NCBI RefSeq assembly: GCF_001194135.2
Contig: NC_068991.1
Location: forward strand, 80,373,160 to 80,437,159
Reading direction: 5' to 3'
From: Octopus bimaculoides
Taxonomy: Eukaryota
Length of the DNA: 64,000 bases
A program made the position numbers and the translations under genes. Under the pieces are notes generated by a model that saw only the letters and a list, made by a program, of their open reading frames with translations, did no database searches and was not told the origin of the DNA. Below are positions 25,280 to 38,908 of the stretch, piece by piece (position 1 is the first letter of the stretch; every line of letters starts with the position of its first letter).

Positions 25280-26355
25280 GTAAATGTCTATTATGTGAAC
25301 ATTACACCTTGAAATAATAATATACATACATACATACATACATACGCACACTAAGGCTGACAACAAATATTTTGTTTCAAAAACTCGTCTTAAGAGAATT
25401 TGTGCGTTAAAAGCAGAGATTACTACCGGTGACTTTCTCAGCGAACTCTGTAATTTTAACATATTAAAGTAAGTTTTCTTGAGACAAAATATTACAGCTA
25501 ACGCCGAAACATCGTTATTTTTTATCTAATTCTGTTTCATGTCCGTTTATTGATGTAATATTATAATTTGAATTTTGCTTTTAGAACATATTTTTTTATT
25601 TTTTTAGGAGCTAAAGTAATACAACTGAGCTGATACGATGTTATGTTAAGATTATTAGCTGAAGAGTTAACATTCTGAGTCGTGTAACCAGCTTTGCGCT
25701 TTGGCAAAGACATTAAACCTATTCTTGGCCCCGTTTGACTTAACTATAAACATGGGCAACGACAACGTAGAGTCAAGAGGTCCCTTTAGTTTCATCATGT
25801 CGGGGGCCACAATAAACTCTGTAGTGTTGATTCCACGATAAACTGCAGCCACTACACTTTTTTTTATAATGATTGGTGCTAGCAAAGGAATCCAACTGAA
25901 GAAACCAGTCAAATGGCTTGCGCGAGCTTTCGTTTTCGGCCAACGTCATAATCTTCTTTAATCTCGGATCCTCCTAAATGTTATGAGTGAAACAAGGGAG
26001 ACGGAAACCATAAAGAATCCTAACGAGTGGATTTTACCCGTAATTCCAATGGAACAGCTTTGTCCCACACTGCGTTGCTCTGATTCTGTCTGAGAATTAC
26101 GATCAGATAACACATGTCTATGAGACACTCTACCACCTAAACATTTATTCAGGAGCAAATAATTCAGTTTATTACACAACTGAATTCTCGTCATCAAACG
26201 ACGGAGATCCACCACATATTTTGCCATCATTACTGTTTTATTTATTTATTATTTTTTTTTGCAGTCATTCTTGTTTCTATTTTTAAATGTTTGCTTTATT
26301 ACTCCTTTAATTATTTTCTTATTTTTTAAACTTTTCCATTTTTTTCTTTCCTCAG

Positions 26356-26514
26356 TTTGTTCCATTCCGAGATTTCCTCGGTGGTCAATATGGGAGCCGC
26401 ATGCATGTCAGTCAAGCATACCTTGCTAAAGAAGTCTTGGCTGAAATTCCAGAACAATTCCTGTCGTATATGAAGCTCCATGGTATATTGCCCGCTTCTC
26501 CGACTGAAGCTTAA
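26356..26514 (+). CDS. CPNE: Copine terminal coding exon: FVPFRDFLGGQYGSRMHVSQAYLAKEVLAEIPEQFLSYMKLHGILPASPTEA*
   Basis: Long pyrimidine tract plus CAG; FVPFRD and LAKEVLAEIPEQ motifs; TAA at 26512-26514. The eight exons total 813 nt = 270 aa plus stop without frameshift. Confidence 0.97.
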   Translation, partial: FVPFRDFLGGQYGSRMHVSQAYLAKEVLAEIPEQFLSYMKLHGILPASPTEA

Positions 26515-26911
26515 ATCTCCCATATTGAATGAAAGCAGCAAAGAACAAAGAATGAAGAAGTTAACTGCCAAATTGGGGTTTGTAGAGAGCCAAAAGTACA
26601 TTTCCATAGTCTTTTACTTTAAGAAGTCAGCCCTTACTGACTACTAACTAAATGCAAGTTGAGCAAAATAGTAAAATCTCCTCACAAGGTCTTCGGATAA
26701 CTATTCATACAGACAGACAGACAGACAGACATTAATATGTGGTTATTTTCGTGTGAAGTCGGCGACTGTTCCGGTTGCTTTTCAGGAGTTCTTGTTTCAT
26801 GCAATCTTTCAAATGACAAAGAGAGATCACTCGACTATTTTTTGTTGCTTGAAGGGTTACGTTTGGCGACAAAGCCTGTGTAGCAACGGAGTGAATCATC
26901 CATTTTAAACC

Positions 26912-26921
26912 AATAAATAAA
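26912..26921 (+). promoter_or_regulatory. Candidate polyadenylation signal of the copine gene (two overlapping AATAAA)
   Basis: AATAAATAAA about 400 nt after the stop codon. The position is plausible, but AATAAA is frequent in this AT-rich DNA. Confidence 0.35.
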
Positions 26922-27007
26922 CTATTATGTCTACTGAACACAAGTTTACCCCTTGGTAAATTCAAACGCATATATCTGTGTGTGTGCGTGTGTATACGCA
27001 TACACAT

Positions 27008-27053
<46 letters not shown>

Positions 27054-27664
27054 ACAAGTGTGTGTAAATATATATTTATATATATTAATAGGCAATTGTC
27101 TTTCTCTGATGATGGTACCCGTGTGAAACATCAGAAACTATCTTCCCGATGCAAATGCGTTTTACAAATATATACTGACAACTGGTAGCCGACACAGACC
27201 GCAGATATCTTCCCTAATTGGTTGGGGTGGGGTTTCCTAATAGCCGCAAGACCAGAAATTTGAAAACTTCATGGGTGATGTTAGTTGGTGAAGGCGATCC
27301 CAGTACACGACTAGTGATTTGTTTTATGAATTTCCGAAAGAATGAAAGGCAAAGCTGAATATAATGGGATTTGAATTCAAGACTTAATGAGTCGGGCAAT
27401 CACAGTTTATTTTTTCCGATGTTTAATGATTCCGGTAATTTATCTCTACATTTCCGATTTTTTTTTTTCTTACTCATTAATAAATAATTATTATTTAGAT
27501 TGGTAAAAGGCTACAAAGTTTTACAGAGAAAAATTGATTTACCAGACTTTCCTTCAGACAAGTCTTTATTTTATTGACCCCCAGATGGAGAAAAGGCAAA
27601 TGGTAGGATTTGAACTGAAAGGTAAAGAAATGTAACTAAATACCACGAGACAATTGTTCCGCCA

Positions 27665-27880
27665 CCCTACCGCTCCTCCTCCTCCTCCTTCTTCTTCTTC
27701 TTCTTCTTCTTCTTCTTCTTCTTCTTCTCCTCCTCCTCCTCCTCCTCCTCCTCCTTCTTCTTCTTCTTCTTCTTCTTCTTTTTCTTCTCCTCCTTCTTCT
27801 TCTCCTTCTTCTTCTCTTTCTTCTCCTTCTTCTTCTTCTTTTTCTTCTTCTTCTTCTTCTTTTTCTTCTTTTTCTTCTTC
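27665..27880. repeat. (CCT)n/(CTT)n microsatellite
   Basis: Directly visible; source of the poly-Glu/Ser pseudo-ORFs. Confidence 0.95.
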
Positions 27881-28014
27881 CATGCCTACAGGCATTGGTG
27901 ATGATGGACTTCCATAGCCTTCAATCCCACATACAAATTAGCACCATCTTTTCTGAAGCCAGTTATTACAGCCATCGAGTACTCTCTCTCTCTCTCTCTC
28001 TCTTTTTCTCTCTT

Positions 28015-28105
<91 letters not shown>

Positions 28106-28304
28106 TCTTTTTCTAATATTTACCACCATATATATTTCTCCTCAGATTTTTTGCCCAAAAATCCACTTCTAGATAGAGTATCGTGTCTCGTTTACTTCCA
28201 ATAATGACCATCAAAGAGATTCTCTGCACTAAACAACCACGGTCATCTGTATTCTGCATAAAGTCTCTGGTCGTTTTTTTCCGTCTCCATTTTCTATTCA
28301 ACTT

Positions 28305-28740
28305 TCCTCTTTGTATCCCCACAACAAAGGACTACCACTTCCTAAGCCGCCCCTGCCCTCATCCAACACCGTCCCCTTTCCCAGAAAGCCTAAATAGCCC
28401 TTGTACTCAATTGCTTTTACTCTTTGAGTTGCTTTGGGCATGAAGAGCAGCCCAAACTGCGTATATCTCTTTGAAATTTACATTGAGAGACAGATTTTCT
28501 TTCCAGTTCATTTCATCCACCTCAGGTCTATACCAGTCGTTATACTGACCAACGTACCAGGCCATCCACACATACCGGACAGTAACTAGATAGCCCCATC
28601 TTTAATACTATCTTCCTCCACTCAGATATAGAATTCCCATCTATTGTATCTGATGTCTCCGTTAGCCTCCTAGATATTCCTGTCACTATCAGTAACCTCT
28701 GTCCATCTCTGTCTATTACCATCCCATTGATTCCAACTTC
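28305..28740 (+). pseudogene. Penelope-like element reverse transcriptase relic
   Basis: Frameshifted peptides IP(H)NKGL, VALGMKSSPNCVYLFEIYIERQIF (cf. PLE GVAMGTKMGPNYANLF) and SVSLLDIPVTIS (cf. SVSFLDISVSI) occur in the expected order. Confidence 0.6.
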
Positions 28741-29379
28741 CAATTTCCTTCCAGCTTCCGCTCAATTTAGATTAAATTTACAATTTCATTCTCTCAGTTC
28801 CTACCACTTTGCATACTGGGTACCAGCGCCACCCTTCAATTGACTGAAACCTCAGTTGGTTGTGAAGCTGGCAATAGGTCGGGTCAAAGTCATCGACTGA
28901 GCTACCACATTTTTTTTTTACTCTCCTATTCATCAAATTCCACTCCCCTTCACCTTTCTCCCGGAAATCCTTTCAGTAAACCACAATCCTCTGTAACTTC
29001 AAGGAGAATTTTTGAGAGAGAGAGAGAGAGAGAGAGAGCGCTTTTTTTACTGACTTGAACAACAAAGTGGTGACCGACGACAATGGGATGGCTGGTCCCA
29101 TGATAGTGTGTTAGTCCTCCTACAACTATAACAACTACACGAATGACCAATTAATGGACTTTAATTCTTAGTACTTCAAATACTTCAATGATTTATCTTT
29201 ATCATCTCAAGGGAGAATTTTAGATGAGTACAAATAAAACCTTACCTCAGCTCTCTCCTCCTATACTACAGGTGCAAACACCAACACCCCAGGCCTGCGA
29301 AGGCTTAAGTTTGCCTATACCACCTCAGCAATCACAAAGCTAACCGACCTCTGCGCTGGAACATCACTTGAGTACTATA

Positions 29380-29720
29380 AAAAACACTCTACTTTGGTGT
29401 AATTCTGTACTACTTTCTCTCCTTTAAGGATCATCTCAAAGAAATAACTAAATGAAAAGTCAGTTCCATGGAATAACATGTAAAATTACTAAGTCCTGAG
29501 GAGAAAGAAAAGAAAATGTGTCACAATCCACCGCGCTGGCCTTGTGTTATTTCTTTACAGACTACCTATGCCTTGTTTGATGTAATCAACCCATGCCAAG
29601 AATCTTGACCCATCGTTGAACAACACCTAATACATGGTCACTGGCTGCTTGGAACCCACCAAATCAAACGACCTACACTTTCTTGTTAGCACTGCCCCTC
29701 CTCTTACACCAGATGAGATG
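29380..29720 (+). pseudogene. RTE-X-like LINE RT C-terminal relic
   Basis: NTLYFGVIL, TALALCY and STHAKNLDPSLNNT*YMVTGCLEPTKSNDLHFLVSTAPP resemble the YLGVTLD...TALALCYS...ITGCLKPT...LAGIAPP pattern. Confidence 0.6.
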
Positions 29721-30327
29721 TTGTCAGTCTAAATGAAGTGACAAAGGCTGTTAACAAATGAATGCCACTTCCTCCATGAACGCCAGACTCGGAGCCCAGT
29801 GACTGAAATCAACTGCCCAGAATTTGCATACATATCCAAAATCATCTCAGAATAATGCATAGAACAAGAAATATGATTTCCATGATCTCCCTGGAGTAAT
29901 ATTTGTGACTTTCGTACAACGGAATGCACACACACTCAACCGGGCAAATTGTTACCATAACAACAATTATTAGACGTAACTATATATAAACATTCTTGCG
30001 ATTTCCGTTTATAGCAAACGCTTCGTTACAAATATGATTGCGCCTTAACAAAACTAAAGCAACTACGAATCTCCATAGTACGAATCTTCGACATATCAAT
30101 CAAACCTCACACAACACCTATAGATTGGAGAATGTTGTCTCTGTTATCTAAAAGGACAGGATGGCCACAGCCAGAATGCTTTTTATTATAGGTTACTTAT
30201 TATTGGTGAGGCAAAAATCAGTGTTAAACAACAGTTCGAACAACGCTGTAGATTCGCCTGCTAGAAATAACATACAGTGCCTCCTCAAATCATACCCTAT
30301 CGCCTTCGAAATAGAACGATACATTAG

Positions 30328-30430
30328 AGTACAGACAGACAGACAGACAGACAGATAGAGAGACAGATAGAGAGACAGATAGAGAGACAGATAGAGAGAC
30401 AGATAGATAGATAGATAGATAGATAGATAT

Positions 30431-30482
<52 letters not shown>
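30328..30482. repeat. (CAGA)n/(GAGAGACAGATA)n/(GATA)n compound tandem repeat
   Basis: Directly visible. Confidence 0.95.
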
Positions 30483-31234
30483 TATAATATGGATCTTTGT
30501 GTAGCTTTAGCAGAGTTCACATTGTTGCCAACCATTGAAGCCAGGTTTCCTGTTTGAATATATATTTTCCCTCTTTCCCACAAGTCTTGACTAAAAGACT
30601 TTTTTTAAAACCGATTTCCATGAGAACAAAGCTACGTATTGGAATGATTGATTACAAGGACGCTAATTAAGACAGGATTTGATAAAACAAAACTCTGGGT
30701 GAATGAATATTGGTGAGGATAAGAGTAATGGTCAATTAGATCACGAAATCGTAAATCTCTAAGGTTGTTGGATGTTATTTACTTTTTCCAATGCAGAAAA
30801 TTGTTAATCCAATATGAGAGGAGTACTAAGGCATAGTTCTGGGGCTACTCTGAGGATTTGGCATGTCCCCTGTGTGTTGATAGGAAGCCCTTATTTGTTT
30901 CTAATGTTTTGAATTCTGTCACATTTAATTACATTGTGTGCTTATATAATTTAGTTAATTTTTGGTTCAATTAAAAACAATTTATAACGTTTGGATATCC
31001 AGTGAAACATCTTTGATTCTGGCCTTTTCTCGTTTTTTATAACTATTTTATTCAGCTCTGCGTTTTCGTTTTTGTAATGCCTTTTGTAATGTCGTTTCAT
31101 TGTGTGTGAAAATGGTCCCTGGTAAAACACAAAAAATAAACAGGAAGTATGGGGGCCTTAAATAGAAACAGACTCTATCATAATAAGCACAGTGGAAATG
31201 TTTTAAACAAAGACGTAGAAATACATAATACAAA

Positions 31235-31875
31235 CCTCAAGCTTATTTCAGCACGAGACCAGAGATTTGAGTAGAACTTTATAATTATCAACCCCGAAAG
31301 GATGAAAAAATAAGAACGACCTTGGCGAAGTTTGGAAGCAAAAACGGGAAGAAAAACCGCTAAGCATTTTATCCGGGGTGCTAATGATTCTGCCAGCTAA
31401 CCGATTTCATAATAATAATAATCCCCTCTACTAAAGGCACAAGGCCTGAAATTTTGAGGGAAGGGGTGAGTCGATTTCATCGATCCCAGTGCTCAACTGA
31501 TATATATTTTATTGACCCTGAAAGGATGAAAGGAAAAGTCGACCACGACGGAATTTGAACTCAGAACGTAAAGATGGACGAAATACCGCGAAGCATTTTG
31601 CCCGGCGTGCTAACAATTCTGCCAGCACGCCACGACGACGGCGACGACGACGACGACGAGGAGGAGGATTCCAAATTTTTGCCGCAAGGGCAGATCGGAG
31701 GAGCGGATTAAGTCGATTACATGGACCCCAGTGTTTCACTAGTACTTAATTTATCGACCCCGAAAGGATGAAAGGTAAAGACGACTTCGGCGGAATTTGA
31801 ACTCAGAACGTAACAACGGGCGAAATACTGCTAAGCATTTCGTCCAGCGAGTTAACGATTCTTCCAATTCTCCAT
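31235..31875 (-). mobile_element. Three head-to-tail SINE S1 copies (about 31235-31400, 31425-31635, 31665-31875)
   Basis: Each has the reverse complement of the S1 blocks (CCCGAAAGGATGAAAGG...GAATTTGAACTCAGAACG), separated by trinucleotide runs. Confidence 0.75.
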
Positions 31876-32404
31876 AATAATAATAATAATAATAATGATA
31901 ATAATTTCCTATATTGTCCAGAAAGACATTGAGAAGAATAGCAAAGAAAGAAATACTAAATGCAAAAAGGTAAGATTTATATTGATAAAAGGGGAGTCGT
32001 CAACAATAGAGATAAAAGAAATAAAAATAGAATTCAGAAAAATAAGTAAAATTGCCAATAGGGGGGGGGGGAGTCTATCGAGAGTAATCTTTTGCCTCAC
32101 ATAAGACTCCGGTTACTCATCCGTTTCTATGATGTTATTGGAAGGGCCCTTCTTCGGTTTCATTCGCCCTCCTTCAAAAAGAGTGGAATCATTCAGACTC
32201 ATCACTTTTACCATTCTCATCCACTTTTCAAAAAACACCAGAATGCACCACCTCTCTTTCTCTTTCTCCCTCTCCCTTTCTATTTCTCTTTCTCTCTCTC
32301 TCCCTCCCTCTCTCTCTCTCTCTCTTTCTATTTCTATTTCTCTCTTTCTCTTTCTCCCTCTCTCTCTATTTCTTTCTCTCTCTCTTTCTCTTTCTCTTTC
32401 TCTT

Positions 32405-32446
<42 letters not shown>

Positions 32447-32499
32447 GCCTCACCTTTCTCTGCGAATAATAATAATTCCTTCATCTACAGTCACAAAGC

Positions 32500-32880
32500 T
32501 TGTAATTTGGGGCAAGTGGGGGCTACTTGGTCACATCGATCGCAGCACTTGACTGGCATTATATTTTATTGACCTCGTAAGGATGAAATGCAAAGTCTAC
32601 CTCGACAGAATTTGAACTCAGAACGTAGGGAACTGAAAGGGATGTTGCTAAGCATTTTGTCCGCCGCGCTAACGGCTCACTGCCTTGATTCACATTTTGG
32701 CAGAAGGTCGGTAATTTCGAGGAACGCGATAAGTCGATTACCTCGACACCAGTACTCAGCTGGTACTTATTTTATCGACCCCGAAAAGATGAAAGCCAAA
32801 GTCGAGCTCAGAACAAGAGGACAGGCGAAATGCCGCTAAGCATCTTGTCCGGAGTGCTAACGATTCTGCCAGCTCCCGTC
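32500..32880 (-). mobile_element. Two tandem SINE S1 copies
   Basis: Same blocks repeated at 32560-32690 and 32760-32875. Confidence 0.7.
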
Positions 32881-34915
32881 TATGTCACTAATGAAATGTG
32901 AATGTCATCATTTTCAGGTTTTTCACTTGTAACCATAAATACATAAGTCTGATCATATAAGCCATTATTTAGTTACATCTACCTTGACTAAATTCAGCCT
33001 GTCTTGCTGACAAATACATTACACATATTTCACGGACAAATAGTCAGAAATTGAATGGTCAGAAACGGAATAGGCATTTAGTCAAAGAAGCTATTGTTCT
33101 ACCCCAGCTATAAGCAAATCTCAAATCCCAAATCTATAAATTTCATCTCAGTCATTCACATGGAAGAAGCGGAGATGCCTTTCGCCCCCCCCCTCTTGAT
33201 ACCCTTTACTTGAGAAAAAAAAGGGGGGACACTCGTATGTAAGATGTCGTTAGATGTAGGATGACGACTTGAGATTAAGCAGGAACAATACAAAATCCCC
33301 TAAAATTATGAATGAGGAAGCCTCTATTTAGTCACCCGGTATGCTAGAAAAAGTTGCTAAATCTTCTTCAAATCATATTCTAACGCTTCATAGTAAAGGA
33401 AAGACAAACTGGATAATGAAATCCTAGTTGTAACTCTAAAAACAAAATAACAGATTGAATGGTAGAGCATCTTTCCTCGTTAATCTAATTGGTCATGGTT
33501 GGCTTGAGGCTAAACAACAACATGAGAAAAGGTGGGGACACATTAAGTGAGATTTGAGAAAGAACAACACAGCAGGATCATGGCTACATTGCCTTTTATC
33601 ATAGGTGATCCAGGTAGATTGTTTGCCCACCTGCGGTTCAACAACAAGGACAAACATACCGAGTATCTGGAAACAAAACAAGGAAAAACAAAACAACAAG
33701 CAAAACGCTCATTCCAAGAAAAAGGGGACACAAAAAAACGTTTAACTAGAGACATCAAAGAAACAGACAATAAAACCGCCATCAATTCTAGTGGCGGCTC
33801 CATTTTGGTTAGGAAAGAGACTACGTGCTAAAATCAGGTGGTTCGCACCTATATTGCCCACCACACTTACATGGGAGTCGCACACGGGTCCTTGGCGTAA
33901 TGCTGTGCCGGTCGATCATACAATCAATGATGCAACAACTGCAGAACCCTACGATCAAAATAAGAAGAATTGGGAGATTACGCGACGTTGGGTCAGTGAT
34001 AACCAAACGGTTTTTCTTGACTGTGCATGACATAAACAGCTTTTTCTTCATAATGTAGGACTTGTAATTAATGTGTGTGTGTAAACCAGGTGCTCAGTGA
34101 GTCATTTCAGTTCCTATGTCCGATTCGTATCTTCCATGTCGATGTTGTCAATACTCCTGGGAAAGAAATGTAAAAGTTAAAATTTGTGATTATATCACGT
34201 AACGTTAAATTCCATCACCTTTCGTTTATGGTCCACTAAAATTTACTTAGAAACATTCGACACACCCCGGTAAATATGAAAAACAAGAAAAGAAGTTATA
34301 AATGGTAAATTTCAATTCCTCCTTTTGGTGCTGTCATAAACACTGCCATTCATAGATTTCTGTACATATTCGAAATGTCATCTTTTGGCACCATATTAAT
34401 TTGTTAATTTTCTAAAGATTAATTATTGTAAAAGACAAAATCAAAACAAAAACTAATAACAATTTACAATGAAGTCTTCCTAATCAAAAACAGCAAATTG
34501 CAAATTAATATATCATGAACTAAATAGCGGAGTGTAGAACTGTTTTGTACAGAACATTTTTTTTTTTTTTTTGATGTCATGAATATATTCATTTCGTTTA
34601 ACCTGTATGTATGTATGTATCTATGTATGTATGTATGTGTGTGTGTGTGTGTCTGTATGCGTGTATATGTGTGTATGTATGCATGAATTTATGCTTGTTT
34701 TAATATATGGAATTATGTGTTTGAATGATTGTATGCATACATTTCTGTATGTATGCATGTACGTATGCCTATAGTACGCATGTATGTTTGAATGCACACA
34801 TACACACACATNNNNNNNNNNNNNNNNNNNNNNNNNNNNNNNNNNNNNNNNNNNNNNNNNNNNNNNNNNNNNNNNNNNNNNNNNNNNNNNNNNNNNNNNN
34901 NNNNNNNTATATATA

Positions 34916-34948
<33 letters not shown>

Positions 34949-35249
34949 ACATGTTCGTATATATGCATATATGTGTGTATTGTCTGTGCGTGTGTGTTTG
35001 CGTGTATGCATATATGCTCAATAGAAAATCTTTGTCTGCGAAATGTTTGTGTGAAGTTACTGACTTGAATAAATAGATTGAATAAATATACAATATTAAT
35101 ATTGCGTTGAGACCAGCACCGAGTATACTCTTTGCATTGTCTCTATGCAGCAAAAATACGCATTGCGTGTGTGTTGATGCACATGTATGCGAAGATATTT
35201 ATGAGTATCACCTCCTCTCTCTCTCTCTCTCTCTCTCTCTAACTCTCTT

Positions 35250-35327
<78 letters not shown>

Positions 35328-35642
35328 TCATAATATGTTTGTTATATGTTTATACACACACACACATACATACATACATATATATATATATACAGACATA
35401 CAGACATGCATATAACAAATTTACGTATATACTCTCAGCAAATTATGTATTCATATTCATATGCACGTTTAAAAGACTATATATATAGTTTTATCTCGCT
35501 TTTTTTTTTTTTTGCATTTAATTTAGATTCCTGATAGAAGAAAAACAAATTTCGCTATTTCATGACAATTGAAAATTACATTCATGTACATCGTTGACAT
35601 TTTTTATATTTCTATAATGAGAAATATATGCACGTACATACA

Positions 35643-35688
<46 letters not shown>

Positions 35689-36184
35689 NNNNNNNNNNNN
35701 NNNNNNNNNNNNNNNNNNNNNNNNNNNNNNNNNNNNNNNNNNNNNNNNNNNNNNNNNNNNNNNNNNNNNNNNNNNNNNNNNNNNNNNNNNNNNNNNNNNN
35801 NNNNNNNNNNNNNNNNNNNNNNNNNNNNNNNNNNNNNNNNNNNNNNNNNNNNNNNNNNNNNNNNNNNNNNNNNNNNNNNNNNNNNNNNNNNNNNNNNNNN
35901 NNNNNNNNNNNNNNNNNNNNNNNNNNNNNNNNNNNNNNNNNNNNNNNNNNNNNNNNNNNNNNNNNNNNNNNNNNNNNNNNNNNNNNNNNNNNNNNNNNNN
36001 NNNNNNNNNNNNNNNNNNNNNNNNNNNNNNNNNNNNNNNNNNNNNNNNNNNNNNNNNNNNNNNNNNNNNNNNNNNNNNNNNNNNNNNNNNNNNNNNNNNN
36101 NNNNNNNNNNNNNNNNNNNNNNNNNNNNNNNNNNNNNNNNNNNNNNNNNNNNNNNNNNNNNNNNNNNNNNNNNNNNNNNNNNNN

Positions 36185-36215
<31 letters not shown>

Positions 36216-36803
36216 ATTATTAGCGACAGAATCAATATTAATATCAAAAAGCAATCGTTATATCCAACTTAACGTGGATGCATTGTTAAAGTACTGAATA
36301 CTGAGTCGTTTACCTCACATATGGGTGCATGGTGCATAAAAGCACTCGTATTTATGTCATATACAGCCAAATCTCACTGCCAGCGATATATGGAATTTCG
36401 GTTATCGTTCAGACACTGGTGTTCCAAGGCTATCTTAACATTCAGTTTAATGTGTTTAGCTGAATATTGCGTTTTTTACAATGAGAGGACTTCTCATATG
36501 GACGCTAGCTGCATAAAAGCACACATATTTATGTCACTGGCAGACGAGAATCGTCTGCAATGCGCGCCGGAATTGCCAGATCACGTGATTTCGACGCGCC
36601 CGACTCTTCATTGGTAAAATAAAGATCTCTGTGTGTGTGTGTGTGTGTGTAAAATGAACTACATCCTGCATTCCTTACTTTCTGTATCTCTTGCCCACCA
36701 CTTCTTTGTTGGACTTTTTTCTTTGCAGTCATCGATTTACCATTGTTCGAGAGGAATACCAATCACTTCGATTTCCCCAGTTTCAGCTATCTTATTAAGC
36801 ATA

Positions 36804-36835
<32 letters not shown>

Positions 36836-36974
36836 ATTGCATTGTTTCCGTTTGTTGACTCTGGCCACTTTCGGACATCCACGGACCACCACGGCCATCC
36901 GCCGGCACCGCTTCGAAACAATTTGTGTATGCGTGCTATGTATGTATACATACATATATACAAACATAAATGCT

Positions 36975-37011
<37 letters not shown>

Positions 37012-37450
37012 ATATATACATACATGCGTATGCTGTATAATTGTCTAAAGTACATTGTCACTGCCAGTTCCGCCAACTTAGTTATAAATTTAGCCCTTAT
37101 TAATTCTAAAATTGCGTAATTGGTGAACTATTTGGTAATAGACTTTGAAGTAAAATATACACCAACCATATTTGAAATACACCATTTCCCTCAAAATTAT
37201 AAATATATATTTACTTGAGGAATGAATTATTATTATTTTAACTTTATGGTTATTTCTCTCGAGCTCGAAATCGTTCAAAGTTTACAGTGTAAGGGATGAG
37301 ATTTTTGGGGGGTTTTTTCCCGACAGCTTTTTTTAAGTATACCCCATACATAAACAGTACACCCATAAGCACATATGTATACATGTATACAAACACTTAT
37401 ACATATACGTGTGTGAGTGTGTACATATATATATATATATATTTATGGAT

Positions 37451-37515
<65 letters not shown>

Positions 37516-37539
37516 TGTATGTATGTATGTATGTATATA

Positions 37540-37880
37540 CGAATGATTGAATGAATGAATGAATGGATATGATTATTCTGATGGTGAATGTCGAGGCCGC
37601 CTCAGACACAACCCTCACCGTTCTCCGCCACACTCTGCGGTCTCAAGCTGCAGATGTACACTGCGCTAGGTTTCCCCCCACCTCCTTCATCCAATCTTTG
37701 ATGTTATCGTCTCCTTTTTGTCTTTGTTATTCGAGAGCCCGTTTTCCGTCCACCCAACCCCCAAGGATGCGGTCATAGTCGTATTAGACCCTGATAGCAT
37801 GGCCAAAATGTTGCAGATTTTCGCCGTTTGACCATCGTCACAAGATCTCGGTCCACTCCAATCTCCTTCAAGACAATATA
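37540..37880 (-). mobile_element. RTE-clade LINE 3' end with (ATTC)n tail
   Basis: Frameshifted LVTMVKRRK(L)QHFGHAIRV...ILGGWVDGKR...DDNIKDWMKEVGGNLAQCTSAA*DRRVWRRTVRVV, a typical RTE C-terminus, followed by CATTCATTCATTC. Confidence 0.75.
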
Positions 37881-37914
37881 GTTTTTGAATTAATATTATC
37901 AGCCTTGTATTTCA

Positions 37915-38670
37915 ATGTCTTGTGTTAAATATTTGAATTGTTCCTGATTAGTATTTCAGTATTTTTGCATAAATGTTTCCATGCTCTTTCATTAATACTT
38001 TGATTATTTCTATCAAATTAGTTAATTATTCGTTGTTAACTATCTAGACAGCTTGAGATTAATACTTCGATGCTCCTTGTTAAATATTTAGATATCTTCT
38101 TTTAAATAGCTAGATAATTTGCTCTAATCGTTTAGATATTCAGAGTTAAATATTCAAGTATGTTATTTGTTAAATATTTAAATACTCTACGTTGAAGCTG
38201 TACATGTGCTTTGCTAAATTTTCCCGTTATTTATTAAATACTTAGACGGTCTTTATCAAATATATAGAAGGTCTATGATAGATTGTAGTTGTTACGTATT
38301 AAATATTTTGATAGGTTTCATTAAATATTTAGATGGTCTGTGTTGAAATTGTACACGTGCTTTGCTAAATTGCACGTTAGTTGTTAAATATTTAGATGGG
38401 CTCTGTTAAATATTCAAATAGTCTGTGCTGAAACTGTAGTTGTGATTTCCTAAATATTTACGCGTTATATTTGTTAAGTAATTAGATTGCCTGTGCTGAT
38501 ACTCTGCATGTGAGTTGCTAATTATTCACGCGTTATTTGTGAAATATTTAAATGATCTGTGCTGAAGTTAAGAGCTTTAATTTGTTAAACATTCATGCGT
38601 TGTTTGTCAAATATTTTAATGTACATTGTTGAATCTTTATATGTAGCATGCTAAATATGTTCTTTGGTCA
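37915..38670. repeat. Degenerate AT-rich minisatellite (~65-70-bp unit) built on TGTTAAATATTTA
   Basis: Repeated blocks TTATTTGTTAAATATTTAGATGGTCTGTGCTGAA...GCTAAAT..TCACGCG; about 20 TAAATAT-like cores. Confidence 0.75.
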
Positions 38671-38734
38671 ATGTTTGTCAAAGAAACTTTGTTAACGCGA
38701 AAGCAGAAGCAGAAGCATTGTCGTGTGACTCGCT

Positions 38735-38859
38735 CTGCAACCTCGTGTATTCAGGTTCAGTCCCACGCGCAGCACTGGTCTTAAATATCTTCTACTACAG
38801 CCTTAGGTCGACCAATGCGTTGTGAATGAATGGAATAGACAGAAACTAAAAGAATACCC

Positions 38860-38908
<49 letters not shown>

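Noticed and set aside
25890-25940. CTGAAGA followed by a small stem (AACCA/TGGCT)
   Set aside because: No GAAA after stem II and no stem I partner, so it is not a hammerhead as it stands.
33500-34060. Overlapping ORFs on both strands in non-repetitive sequence; the minus strand has AKDP and PCKCGGQY, reminiscent of a PLE GIY-YIG start
   Set aside because: Similarity is short and needs several indels. It may be a very decayed element, but I cannot support a call without a profile search.
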